A stretch of 64,000 bases of DNA from Clostridiales bacterium (GCA_016288155.1 JAEEYP010000063.1:222124-286123), one strand, 5' to 3'; counted from the stretch's first letter, positions 24,498-33,912 are shown. Notes: generated by a model from the sequence alone, not told the origin. Numbers and translations are program-made.

Positions 24498-25994
24498 TCA
24501 CTCCAGATACCAGAGAAGATCTATATAATCCTCGTAGAAGTTCTGGATCTCGTTGAACCGCTCGACGATGCCGGAAACGATCTCGGGGCAATTCGCAGTG
24601 CTCACGATCTTCTTCTGACGACTGACCCAGCCGCCGGAACCGGAGTAAAGCGTCTCCCAGTCCATGACGCGCGTATCCATGACCATGCGCAGCATCTCGG
24701 AGGATTCCGGATCCCGCGCGGCGCGCAGCTCGAGGACGGACTGACAGTACAGCGGCACGACGTAGGTGTAACTCATGGCGCTCATCGCTTCGATCACTGC
24801 GCCGACAAGATACGTATTCTGCACGGTCTTCAGGACGCCGATGGCATCTGCAGTCTTGACGTCGACGTTCGTGTAGTATTCCTGTTGGTCCTCGTTCCAT
24901 TTCGGCACCGGGAGAACGCCGAAGTCGTCCTCCATCGCGACCATCTCCGGCGTCGTCATCTTGTCCACGCTGAGCGATGTGAACAGCGCGTTGCCGGTGA
25001 AGAAGAAGACGCTGTTGTCTTCGCCGGGGCTGCTGTGATTTTTGAGAAAGGCGGCGGCACCCTGCGAGGTGGCCATGAGATAGCGGAGCTTGGTATACAT
25101 ATCGATCATCTGCTCGTCCAGTATATGCGGTACGATCTCATAGTCTTTTCCCACGATCTCGATACGGCGCAGACAGGAACCGTAGATGAATGCGTTCACG
25201 CAGGCTTCGAAATCCGAAGCAAAGCCGTAGAAATCGTCTTCGTCCCGTTTTCCGTTGCCGTTCACGTCGTTGTACATATCGGTACAGTATCCCATCAGCC
25301 GGTCAAGCGTCCACTTGCCGTCCCGGACGGTCTGGTACAGATCCTCCGTACTGTGAAGGTAATCGCTCCACTTCGCCTTGTTGAAATACACCACGACGGT
25401 ACCCGCCGTATAACTGAGCGTATAGTCACTCGTCAGGAAAAGCAGCTTCCCGGCGATGACCGCGTCCTCCAGCCCCTGCGTATACCACGGATTGTCGATG
25501 TCGATATACGGAAGATCGAGTACGTTCCGGAAAACATCCTTGGACATGCTGTAACCACAACTGGGAAGAGACAGAGAGGTGAGTTCGTACTGATCGTCAC
25601 CCGCCGTCGCGAGCAAAACCGCAGTTTCGTGGACTGTGCCCGCTTTGGGGGTCATAGGCTTCGCGATCGTGATGTTGAAGCGCTCCTCCAGCGTCCGGTT
25701 CCGCTCGTACACGATGTCGTTGAGCTTTTCCCCGTTCTGGTCCTCCACATAGAACCAGTTCTTGGCGCTGTTCTGAAGGATGTCGAATGTTGCCCCGTCG
25801 AAGTTAAGTTCGGGGACGGAATCGACGGAGGCGAGTCCTTTGTCCTCCGTCACCGGCGCCGCGGCGGCTGTATCGGACGTGCCGGTTCCGGTGCTTGCCG
25901 GATCCTTCGGCTTCTCCGAGCAGGCGGCGAGAAGAGGCAGCAGCATGAGACAGGCGAGGATAAGAGAGAGAAGGCGTCTTTCTGTCATGGTCAT
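24498..25994 (-). CDS. extracellular solute-binding lipoprotein (large ABC-type SBP family-1-like), paralog A
   Basis: Lipobox LLPLLAAC. The DVNGNGKRDEDDFYGF Ca-loop-like motif and the ~500-aa length are common in large sugar SBPs. Start may be the third codon (ATG 25988), which gives better SD spacing. Confidence 0.65.
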   Translation of the reverse strand: MTMTERRLLSLILACLMLLPLLAACSEKPKDPASTGTGTSDTAAAAPVTEDKGLASVDSVPELNFDGATFDILQNSAKNWFYVEDQNGEKLNDIVYERNRTLEERFNITIAKPMTPKAGTVHETAVLLATAGDDQYELTSLSLPSCGYSMSKDVFRNVLDLPYIDIDNPWYTQGLEDAVIAGKLLFLTSDYTLSYTAGTVVVYFNKAKWSDYLHSTEDLYQTVRDGKWTLDRLMGYCTDMYNDVNGNGKRDEDDFYGFASDFEACVNAFIYGSCLRRIEIVGKDYEIVPHILDEQMIDMYTKLRYLMATSQGAAAFLKNHSSPGEDNSVFFFTGNALFTSLSVDKMTTPEMVAMEDDFGVLPVPKWNEDQQEYYTNVDVKTADAIGVLKTVQNTYLVGAVIEAMSAMSYTYVVPLYCQSVLELRAARDPESSEMLRMVMDTRVMDWETLYSGSGGWVSRQKKIVSTANCPEIVSGIVERFNEIQNFYEDYIDLLWYLE

Positions 25995-26056
25995 GATCCA
26001 CCTTTCAAGTTTCGTCTGTCAGATTTCGCAAATAGGATGTCGAAGAGATCCCGTCG

Positions 26057-27541
26057 TCACTGAAGATCCAGGATGACGTCCAGCTGATTGTCGTAGATAT
26101 TCTGGACCTCGCGCAGCCTCTGTTCGATGCCGGAAACGATCTCGGGGCAATTTTCCGTGGTCACGAACTTCGCGTGCCGCGTGGTCCATCCGCCGGAACC
26201 GTACAGCGTCTCCCAGTCCATGACGCGCGTCCCGAGGATCATGCGGAGCATCTCGGAGGATTCCGGATCCCGTGCGCCGCGCAGCTCGAGAACGGATTCG
26301 CAGTACAGCGGAACGACCAGCTCGTAGCTCGCCGCGCTCATCGCCTCGATCACCGCGCCGACGAGCTCGGTATCCCGTACGGTTTTCAGGACGCAGATGA
26401 CGTCGGAACTCTGATTATCGATGTTCGTATAATACTCCTGCTGATCTTCATTCCACTTTGGAACCGGGAGAATACCGAAATCATCCTCCATCGAAACCAT
26501 TTCCGGCGACGTGATCCCGCCGACGCTGAACGAGCTGAACAGCGCGTTGCCGGCAAAGAACACCTCCGTATTATTCTTGATATCGTCGATCTTAGTGCCG
26601 TAATATTTGCTGACGGCGCCGTTGGAAGTGGTCATGAGTACGCGGAGCTTGGAATACAGATCGACCAGAAGCTCGTTCAGCATGTCCATTTTGACTTCAT
26701 AGGTAGCGTAGGAGTCGCCGAGGATCTGCATCCGGCGCATATCGGCGCCGTAGATAAAGCCGTTCGTACAGGAATAAGGATCCGCACCGAAGCCGTAAAA
26801 GTCGTCTGCATCCCGTTTTCCGTTGCCGTTCACGTCGTTGTACAGATCGATGGAATACCCCATCAGACGGTCGAGCGTCCACTTGCCGTCGCGGACGGTC
26901 TGATACAGATCCTCCGTTGAGTGGAGATAATCGATCCACTTCGTTTTGTTGAAATACATGGCGACCGTCGCCGCCGTATAACTGAGCGTATAGTCACACG
27001 TCAGGAAGATCAGCTTCCCGTCGAGGACCGCGTCCTCCAGTCCCTGCGTGTACCAGGGGCTGTCGATATCGATGTACGGGAGCGTGAGCACGTTCCGAAG
27101 CAGATTGTGCGGCATGAGCTCCCCTACGCGCCGCAGGAGATAGGAAGCCATATCGAACTGATCGTCGTCGGCCGTCACAAGCTGCGTGGTCATCGAAATG
27201 AAGTTGCTCCATCCGGCGGTGACCGGCTCCTCGATCGTGATATTGAAGCGTTCTTCCATCTGTCTGTTGCGCTCGTAGACGACGTCGTTGAGCTTTTCTC
27301 CGTTCAGATCTTCCACGTAGAGCCAGTTTTTCTCGCTCGTCTGAAGAATGTCGAAAACAGCCCCGTCAAAATCCAGTTCCGGAACGGCGTCGTGAAAAAC
27401 GTATTCCGTCACCGGCTCCGTTTGGGACGTGACGTCGGCCGTACCGGTGACGGTCGGCGTCTTCGGCTTCTCCGAGCAGGCTGCGAGAAGAGGCAAAAGC
27501 ATAAAAAAAGCGATGATAAAAGAGAGTACCTTCCGGATCAT
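26057..27541 (-). CDS. extracellular solute-binding lipoprotein, paralog B
   Basis: Start at MIRKVLSFIIAFFMLLPLLAAC (ATG 27541). Colinear with paralog A, with long identical runs (YLHSTEDLYQTVRDGKWTLDRLMGY, LPVPKWNEDQQEYYTN, ARDPESSEMLRM). Confidence 0.65.
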   Translation of the reverse strand: MIRKVLSFIIAFFMLLPLLAACSEKPKTPTVTGTADVTSQTEPVTEYVFHDAVPELDFDGAVFDILQTSEKNWLYVEDLNGEKLNDVVYERNRQMEERFNITIEEPVTAGWSNFISMTTQLVTADDDQFDMASYLLRRVGELMPHNLLRNVLTLPYIDIDSPWYTQGLEDAVLDGKLIFLTCDYTLSYTAATVAMYFNKTKWIDYLHSTEDLYQTVRDGKWTLDRLMGYSIDLYNDVNGNGKRDADDFYGFGADPYSCTNGFIYGADMRRMQILGDSYATYEVKMDMLNELLVDLYSKLRVLMTTSNGAVSKYYGTKIDDIKNNTEVFFAGNALFSSFSVGGITSPEMVSMEDDFGILPVPKWNEDQQEYYTNIDNQSSDVICVLKTVRDTELVGAVIEAMSAASYELVVPLYCESVLELRGARDPESSEMLRMILGTRVMDWETLYGSGGWTTRHAKFVTTENCPEIVSGIEQRLREVQNIYDNQLDVILDLQ

Positions 27542-27641
27542 GGTCTCAGACCGCCTTTCCTGATATATTCCTGAGCTAAGGGGACGCGCTGACTTATTAT
27601 ACGCCGCTGCGTCGACGAGAGCGACGCGCCGCACGCGCGCA

Positions 27642-28913
27642 TCAGCCGGGCTTTGCCGTATCGGAGAGATCGGGTCTCACGGCGAGGACGGAGGCGTCCG
27701 CTTCCCCGTCGCTGAGACGGAAGGTGACCTTGTCGCCCACCCGGACGGCACGGGCCGATTTGAGGATCGTACCGTCCGCCGCGTACACGGCACCGAAGCC
27801 GCGCGCAAGGACGGAAAGCGGATTGAGCGCATCCATCTTTCCCGCGAGTTTTTCGAGCCGCGCACGGGCGAGCGCGATCCGATGCTCCTCGCCGACGCCG
27901 AGCCGCTCCGCCAAAGCGGACACCTGCATCCGACGGTCGTCCAGTACGTTCTGCGGACGCTGCAGCGGACGCGCGGAGGCGAGACGCGCGAGCGTCTCGC
28001 GACGGCGCGCGATGCTCTGTAAGAGCACCGCCGCCTCGCGTCCGATGAGATTATTGATCTTGCGGCGCAGTTCGACATTGTCCGGCAGGGCAAGCTCCGC
28101 GGCGGCGGAAGGCGTCGGCGCGCGGCAGTCGGCCGCGAAATCGCAGATCGTGAAATCCGTCTCGTGCCCGACGGCGGAGATGATCGGGATCGCGGAAGCG
28201 GCGACGGCGCGGGCGAGCCCCTCGTCGTTGAACGCCCACAGATCCTCCATCGAACCGCCGCCGCGTCCGAGGATGATGACGTCCGCCGAACGGGTGCGGT
28301 TGAAATACTCCACACCGGCGATAAGCTGCGCGGGAGCGTCCGGCCCCTGCACGAGCGCGGGATACAGAGTGAGTTTCGCATACGGAAAGCGCCGCCCGGC
28401 GACGCGGATCATGTCGCGCACCGCCGCGCCGGTCGCCGAGGTGATGATCCCGATGCGCGTCGGGACCTTCGGCAGCGTTTTTTTCCGCGCCGTATCGAAC
28501 AGGCCCTCCGCCGCAAGGCGGCGCTTGAGCTGCTCGAAGGCGACGTACAGCGCGCCGACGCCGTCCGGCTCCATCGTATCGGCGTAAAGCTGATACTTCC
28601 CGTCGCGGACGAAGGCGGAGACGCGCCCGTGCACGACGACCTTCATCCCGTTCTCCGGGACGAACGGCATCCGGACGGCGGACGAACGGAACATGACCGC
28701 GGCGATCACCGCGCCGTCGTCCTTGAGAGAGAAGTAATAATGCCCGGTGCCGTAATGATTCTTGAAATTGGAGATCTCGCCCTTCACGTATACGTTCGCG
28801 AGCGGCGCCGAAGAGTCGATAAGCCGCTTGACGTATTCGTTGAGCTGCGTGACGGTGATCGCCTCGGGAAAGCGCTGCTGCGCGCCCGTCTCCGCGGGAA
28901 TGGGATCCGTCAT
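27642..28913 (-). CDS. xseA: exodeoxyribonuclease VII large subunit
   Basis: Start at MTDPIPAE (ATG 28913, ATGA overlap with the upstream gene). OB-fold N-terminus VTQLNEYVKRLIDSSAPLANVYVKGEISNFK. Catalytic core GRGGGSMEDLWAFNDE and long C-terminal coiled coil. Confidence 0.9.
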   Translation of the reverse strand: MTDPIPAETGAQQRFPEAITVTQLNEYVKRLIDSSAPLANVYVKGEISNFKNHYGTGHYYFSLKDDGAVIAAVMFRSSAVRMPFVPENGMKVVVHGRVSAFVRDGKYQLYADTMEPDGVGALYVAFEQLKRRLAAEGLFDTARKKTLPKVPTRIGIITSATGAAVRDMIRVAGRRFPYAKLTLYPALVQGPDAPAQLIAGVEYFNRTRSADVIILGRGGGSMEDLWAFNDEGLARAVAASAIPIISAVGHETDFTICDFAADCRAPTPSAAAELALPDNVELRRKINNLIGREAAVLLQSIARRRETLARLASARPLQRPQNVLDDRRMQVSALAERLGVGEEHRIALARARLEKLAGKMDALNPLSVLARGFGAVYAADGTILKSARAVRVGDKVTFRLSDGEADASVLAVRPDLSDTAKPG

Positions 28914-29878
28914 ACTCTTCCCTCCTGTGCGAGAAAGCGCCGCCGGGCGAGCAGCGCCGTACCGACCGCGTTGTCCGAGGAATACGGTGCATCCGCGAAA
29001 TACGCGTTCTCCTCCGCCAAAACGGCGGCAAGGAGCCGGCAGCTCATCACCCCGCCGGCATACACGATCGGAAGCGCGCCGCAGCGGCGGCGAACGCCGT
29101 CCCGCATCGCGGCGAGCGTGCGCCCGATAAAATCGAGGACGAAAGCGGCGCACTGCGCTTTGTCGCCCGTCCGGTCATACAGCTTATTCGTCAGATTTTC
29201 CAGACCGGACAGATTGCATTCCGTGCCGTCGACCGACACGGCGGCGCGAGGCAGCTCCCCTGCAAAGGAAGCGGCGAGCCGCTCCATCTCCGGTCCCGCC
29301 GGGAAACGGAGACCCATATACACGCCGCAGCGGTCGACGATCTGCCCCGCGTGGACGTCACGGGCGCCGCCGATCTTCTCGACGGCGAAAATACGTTCCC
29401 CATCCGGGCGGACGAGAAGCACGTCCGTCGTCCCGCCGGATACGTGGAACGCGGCGAACTCCCGCTCCGCGAGGGACGGGACGCAGGCGGAATACAGCGC
29501 CGCCATCACGTGTCCCGCCTGATGGGAAAAAGGGAACACCGGTACGCCGAGCAGCGCGCCCGCCGTCTCGGCGGCGGCGCGGCCCGAAAGAAAACACGGC
29601 ATGTACGAGCCTTCCGCGTCGCGGGGAACGTCGGACACGCCGACGGCGGCGATCGGCGGCCGTCCGGCGCCGTCCAGGACGGCGCGCAGCGCGGGCGCCG
29701 CGCCGATGAGATTCTTTCCGTGCGGGAAGACGGCGTCGCGCTGACGCAGACCGCGGTCGCCTTCCGCCACGGGCAGCGGCGTCTTGCCGTTCTGGAGGAT
29801 CTTTCCCTCTCCGTCGGCGACAGCGACCGAGGTCGTATAATTGCTCGTGTCGATCCCGACGAAAAGCCGGTCGCTCAC
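28910..29878 (-). CDS. Kae1/TsaD/TsaB-superfamily (peptidase M22, ASKHA fold) protein of unclear function
   Basis: GIDTSNYTTSVAV N-terminal phosphate-1-like motif, SHQAGH (HxxxH) metal motif, 322 aa. ATGA overlaps on both sides (nusB, xseA). Confidence 0.55.
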   Translation of the reverse strand: MSDRLFVGIDTSNYTTSVAVADGEGKILQNGKTPLPVAEGDRGLRQRDAVFPHGKNLIGAAPALRAVLDGAGRPPIAAVGVSDVPRDAEGSYMPCFLSGRAAAETAGALLGVPVFPFSHQAGHVMAALYSACVPSLAEREFAAFHVSGGTTDVLLVRPDGERIFAVEKIGGARDVHAGQIVDRCGVYMGLRFPAGPEMERLAASFAGELPRAAVSVDGTECNLSGLENLTNKLYDRTGDKAQCAAFVLDFIGRTLAAMRDGVRRRCGALPIVYAGGVMSCRLLAAVLAEENAYFADAPYSSDNAVGTALLARRRFLAQEGRV

Positions 29879-30306
29879 TCTGCTGCCTCCGGCGTCTCGG
29901 GAGACTGGAGCAGTCCCTTTTCCTGCGCGATCTGGTGAAGGATCCCGTTGATGAAGGAGGGCGCCGCGCCGTCGTCATACAGCTTGGCGAGTTCGAGCGC
30001 CTCGTTTATCGCCGCGCGCGCGGGGACGCCGCCCCACAGCATCTCATACACGGCGAGGCGAAGAAGCGAACGCGTGACGGCGGACATACGGGAAAGCTTC
30101 CACTTCCGCGCAAAGCCGGAAATGAGCGCGTCCGTCTCCTCCCGCGCGCCGAGCACGCCGAAAAATGTGTCCCGAATATAGTCAGACTCCGGGATCTCCC
30201 ACGCGGCGGTCTCCTCCGCGTACAATTCTGCCGCATCCCGTTCCGGATGGAACTCGGATGCGAAGAGGATCCGGAATACTTTTTCTCTTTCCTGTCGTCT
30301 TGTCAT
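29875..30306 (-). CDS. nusB: transcription antitermination factor NusB
   Basis: Start at MTRRQEREKVFRILF (ATG 30306). Typical NusB length (143 aa) and the AINEALELAKLY...FINGIL motif. Confidence 0.9.
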   Translation of the reverse strand: MTRRQEREKVFRILFASEFHPERDAAELYAEETAAWEIPESDYIRDTFFGVLGAREETDALISGFARKWKLSRMSAVTRSLLRLAVYEMLWGGVPARAAINEALELAKLYDDGAAPSFINGILHQIAQEKGLLQSPETPEAAE

Positions 30307-30390
30307 GATCGGTCTGCCGCCGGGCGGCGTCCTTTCCCTTGTGATCCGACGAAGAGGATCCGCCCGCGGCGCATTCCTCTCCGATTCAAT

Positions 30391-30419
30391 ATTATACATG
30401 AATATCATACATTTGTCAA
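30391..30419 (-). promoter_or_regulatory. consensus sigma-A promoter upstream of nusB operon
   Basis: Minus strand TTGACA (30419-30414), 17 nt, TATAAT (30396-30391). Confidence 0.65.
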
Positions 30420-30454
30420 TCATTATGCAATCATTCACGCACGGAAATCAGACG

Positions 30455-30489
30455 AAAAAAGCGCGGCATCCGGTTTCCCGGATGCCGCG
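30455..30489 (-). terminator. rho-independent terminator of the GntR-ABC operon
   Basis: GCGCGGCATCCGG/CCGGATGCCGCG stem followed on the minus strand by TTTTTT. Confidence 0.8.
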
Positions 30490-30500
30490 TGTTCGGTCGT

Positions 30501-32510
30501 TCACTGGAGGAATGCGGGGAGCTTCCCTTGGAGGAAGAAGCCGCGGACAGCATACCCGTACTTGTCCATGTATTCGCTGTATCGGTATCCTTCCTCCACC
30601 CCGACGAAGTCGAGCGTGAGGATCCACCCCGGTTCGAGCATCGTAAAGGAGCTGTACGAATCCTGAAGCACGGCGGAAGAAAGGATCTCCCGTATGCGAG
30701 CCCGATCCGTCGTTACATAACATACTTCGTCGTTATGATAGATCGTTGCGGACTCGACCATGGCGGCGACGTCGTCGAGGAATTCATCCCCGATGCCGTA
30801 GCACGGGAAGCTGCCGTTGATGTAATAATCATAATCTCTGTAAGCGTTGTTGTATACCGAATCATATTGGATCCATGCGATAACAGGAGTCTGGAAGAAT
30901 GACTCGCGGTCGGCGCGGAAGCTCTCGATCATCCGCCCGATGATCTCCGGCTTACCGGTGATCAATGCCTCTTCTCCCTTTACGCCGTCGTAGGGGGAGC
31001 CGAGCCAGAGCGTATAATCGAGCTGCGCCTGATCCCATTTCGCATCCGTTTTGAAATATGCTCTCTCAAAATCCTCCAGATACAGGATATCCCGTACCAG
31101 CGCGGCGCCCGCGTCGTCGGCCGGGGAGACCGAGAGCCGATATCCCGCCTCGAAGAGCCCGCAGTCCAGATCGATATAGAGCCAGATACGGTTCTCGTCC
31201 TCCGTCGGATAATAATAGTATTCGCGGACGTCGTCCTCATCCCAATCCGTCGTCTCAAGACAGATCTCGAGATCCTTGGCGAAGCGGTCGGCCTCCTTGT
31301 TCGTCATCGTATAATTCGTACCGTCCACCGCGACCCGGCCTCCGCGGACGAGAGCGGAGGAAGGAACGTGCGTATCCAGCCCGACGAGGTCGAGCCCGAA
31401 CACGAGGTAGAAAACGATGAACACGGCGATAAAGATGAGAAAGCCCTTCCAGCCGGCAAACATCTGCTTGGCGCTCTTTGTAAGGATCGTATTGATGACC
31501 ATGAGCGCGAGCAGCGCGCCGATCGCGGCGCCGAGCAGAAACCACCCGTCTAGCAGCTTGAAGATCGTGCCCATCAGCACGGCGGCGCAGAAGATGCCCG
31601 TGTACTTGATGATCCCGGAGGCGACGGGGAGCAGCACGGGCGTGCCGCTCAGCTCGCTCTTGCGGCGGCGGTAGATGAGAAGTCCGACGGCGAAGAAGAC
31701 GACCGTCAGGCCGATCGTCAAAGCGATCTCCCAGGCGGTGTCCGACAGCTTTTCGTTCAGCTTCTCGTCCAGTTCCGTTACGGTGAAGATCGTCCGGTAC
31801 GGAAGGAGGATCCGCAGCGCCAGCTCGTACAGTCCGTCATAGGAACGGTGATTGGCGTTCATGGAGAGCACGAGGATGATGCAGCCGAGCACGCCGGACG
31901 GCATGAAGACCGTGTAACCGGCGGTGAGGATGCGCGCGAATCCCGTCCCGGTGAACGACGCGGCAAAGAGCATGATTGAGAAGTACAGAGCGAAATAGAG
32001 CGTCCCGTATCCGGCGCACAGCAGAAGCTGCACGGCGTAGCCGGACGCCCACTTGCCGACCATGGCGCCGGTGACGGGGATCGCGATGAGGCACGAGAAG
32101 AGAAGCGGCACGGCGAGGCAGATGAACTTGACGGCGGCTTCCTCAAGAAACAGGATCTCGCGGCGGCGCGGCAGCGCGTGATAGAAGTTGACGCCGACCT
32201 TGTTGTTCAGGTACGAGAGCGCCGTGCCTCCCCACAGGACGGCGAGCAGCGAGGCGATCACCGTATTGGCGACGGCCATGCCGTCGAGCATACTGCGCAC
32301 GTTGCGCGTGATCTGTTCTCCCGCCATCTCCGCCGACCAATTCCGGATCGTGTCGGGGACCATCGTCGCGTACATCATGGCGAGAAAAACGACGTTGAGC
32401 AGAAGGAATATGATGGCATTCGTGACGATCGTCGGCCAGTTCTGACGGAGCAGGAAGAAAAAGTATCCGGCGCGCGACGAGCGATCAGCCGATGAGTTCT
32501 GCAAAGTCAT
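30501..32510 (-). CDS. large ABC-transporter permease-like membrane protein with ~270-aa C-terminal soluble domain
   Basis: Start taken at MTLQNSS (ATG 32510, 26-nt overlap with the ATPase gene). About 10 hydrophobic segments in the first ~400 aa, then an acidic, Tyr/Asp-rich domain. Lies downstream of its ATPase. Confidence 0.6.
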   Translation of the reverse strand: MTLQNSSADRSSRAGYFFFLLRQNWPTIVTNAIIFLLLNVVFLAMMYATMVPDTIRNWSAEMAGEQITRNVRSMLDGMAVANTVIASLLAVLWGGTALSYLNNKVGVNFYHALPRRREILFLEEAAVKFICLAVPLLFSCLIAIPVTGAMVGKWASGYAVQLLLCAGYGTLYFALYFSIMLFAASFTGTGFARILTAGYTVFMPSGVLGCIILVLSMNANHRSYDGLYELALRILLPYRTIFTVTELDEKLNEKLSDTAWEIALTIGLTVVFFAVGLLIYRRRKSELSGTPVLLPVASGIIKYTGIFCAAVLMGTIFKLLDGWFLLGAAIGALLALMVINTILTKSAKQMFAGWKGFLIFIAVFIVFYLVFGLDLVGLDTHVPSSALVRGGRVAVDGTNYTMTNKEADRFAKDLEICLETTDWDEDDVREYYYYPTEDENRIWLYIDLDCGLFEAGYRLSVSPADDAGAALVRDILYLEDFERAYFKTDAKWDQAQLDYTLWLGSPYDGVKGEEALITGKPEIIGRMIESFRADRESFFQTPVIAWIQYDSVYNNAYRDYDYYINGSFPCYGIGDEFLDDVAAMVESATIYHNDEVCYVTTDRARIREILSSAVLQDSYSSFTMLEPGWILTLDFVGVEEGYRYSEYMDKYGYAVRGFFLQGKLPAFLQ

Positions 32511-33384
32511 ACCCTTTGTCCCCCATTTCCGAAATAAATATCTCCTCCAGCGTAAGAGGAATGAATTCACAGAAGGTCGGGTGCAGCGCCGAAAGCGCCG
32601 TCTCCAGCTCCTCCCGCGTTCCGCGCGCGACGAGCGTGACCATGCTGCCGCGCTTCTCACGGCTGAGCAGCGGCAGCGACGCGAAGGCGTCTTCGCCGAC
32701 GTTCTCCGGGAAGATCGCCTGGATCTTCTGGAGGCTGAGCTTCATGTCGTCCAGCCCGCGCTGGAACAGGAGCTTCCCGCGATGGAGCAGCGCGACGGAA
32801 TCGCAGATGTCCTCGATCTCTCTCAGGTTGTGTGAGGCGATCACGACGCTCATGCGCCGCTCGGCGACCTCCTCGGCGAATACGCTCTTGACGTATTGGC
32901 GCATGACCGGATCGAGCCCGTCGAAGGTCTCGTCGCAGAAAAGGTATTTCGGCGCGGCGGAAAGTCCGAGAAGCACCGACGCCTGCTTCTGCATCCCCTT
33001 GGAAAAGGTCTGGATCCTGCGCTTTTCGTCGAGCCCGAACGCATGGAGCAGCTGCGCGTACTTTTCGTCGCTGAAGGCAGGATACACGCTTTTGTACATA
33101 GCGCGCATGTCGGACAGCGAGGCGTGCGGCAGAAAGAACGGCTCGTCGGAAAGATACAGGATATCCTTCTTCACGTCCGGATTCTCCCAGACGCGGAAAC
33201 CGTCCGCGAGCACCGTGCCCTCCTCCGGCAGAATGACGCCGCACATGACGCGGAGCAGCGTCGATTTTCCCGATCCGTTCGATCCGATCAGACCGAGGAT
33301 CGCGCCGTCCGGGACGGAAATGCTGACGCGGTCCAGACTGCGGACGTCCGCGAAATTCTTTGTCACCGATTCAATTCGCAGCAT
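32485..33384 (-). CDS. ABC transporter ATP-binding protein
   Basis: Walker A GSNGSGKST, signature FSKGMQKQ, Walker B LFCDETFDGLD. Confidence 0.9.
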   Translation of the reverse strand: MLRIESVTKNFADVRSLDRVSISVPDGAILGLIGSNGSGKSTLLRVMCGVILPEEGTVLADGFRVWENPDVKKDILYLSDEPFFLPHASLSDMRAMYKSVYPAFSDEKYAQLLHAFGLDEKRRIQTFSKGMQKQASVLLGLSAAPKYLFCDETFDGLDPVMRQYVKSVFAEEVAERRMSVVIASHNLREIEDICDSVALLHRGKLLFQRGLDDMKLSLQKIQAIFPENVGEDAFASLPLLSREKRGSMVTLVARGTREELETALSALHPTFCEFIPLTLEEIFISEMGDKGYDFAELIG

Positions 33385-33787
33385 GTTTCTCTTCCCCCTC
33401 CTCCGAATGTGCGGCGGCTTCCCGATAACATTCCGCCGCCGCGTGCAGGAAATCCTCCGAGCCTACGCCGAGTGACGCGGCGCGCGCCGCCAGTGCGGCC
33501 ATCGCCCCGCGGATCTCGTTCAGCCCGTCGCCCGCGACGTCGCGGCGATCCTTGACGATCATGCTCCCGCGTCCCTGCATCGTGGCGATGATGCCCTGCC
33601 GCTCCAGCTCCGAATACGCTTTCTGGATCGTATTCGGGTTGATGCCGAGCTCCTTCGCCAGTGAGCGGACGGAGGGGAGATACTCGTCCTTCTTCAGATC
33701 GCCGCGCACGACCAGTTCCTTGATGTTGTCGACGAGCTGTTCATAGATCAGCTTCCGATCCCGGTAATCAATGGCGATCAATCCCAA
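33371..33787 (-). CDS. GntR-family transcriptional regulator, YtrA subfamily (short C-terminal domain)
   Basis: TTG start at 33787 (AAGGGGGA SD 6 nt upstream). wHTH LPSVRSLAKELGINPNTIQKAYSELERQGII. About 139 aa, and it precedes an ABC ATPase as in ytrA-type operons. Confidence 0.8.
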   Translation of the reverse strand: MGLIAIDYRDRKLIYEQLVDNIKELVVRGDLKKDEYLPSVRSLAKELGINPNTIQKAYSELERQGIIATMQGRGSMIVKDRRDVAGDGLNEIRGAMAALAARAASLGVGSEDFLHAAAECYREAAAHSEEGEEKHAAN

Positions 33788-33805
33788 TGTGCTTCCCCCT
33801 TTCGT

Positions 33806-33828
33806 GTGTACTATCTGTAATAGGACAC
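33806..33828. promoter_or_regulatory. candidate GntR/YtrA operator (imperfect palindrome)
   Basis: GTGTACTAT-ctgta-ATAGGACAC (8 of 9 positions symmetric), lying between the -10 and the TTG start of the GntR gene. Confidence 0.35.
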
Positions 33829-33832
33829 CTAT

Positions 33833-33861
33833 AATATACCACACACACAGTACAATGTCAA
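33833..33861 (-). promoter_or_regulatory. sigma-A promoter candidate of the GntR-ABC operon
   Basis: Minus strand TTGACA (33861-33856), 17 nt, TATATT (33838-33833). Confidence 0.6.
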
Positions 33862-33912
33862 GGGCTTTCGGAAAGATTCCGTAACTTTTTCTTGAAATGT
33901 ATGACAAACGTC

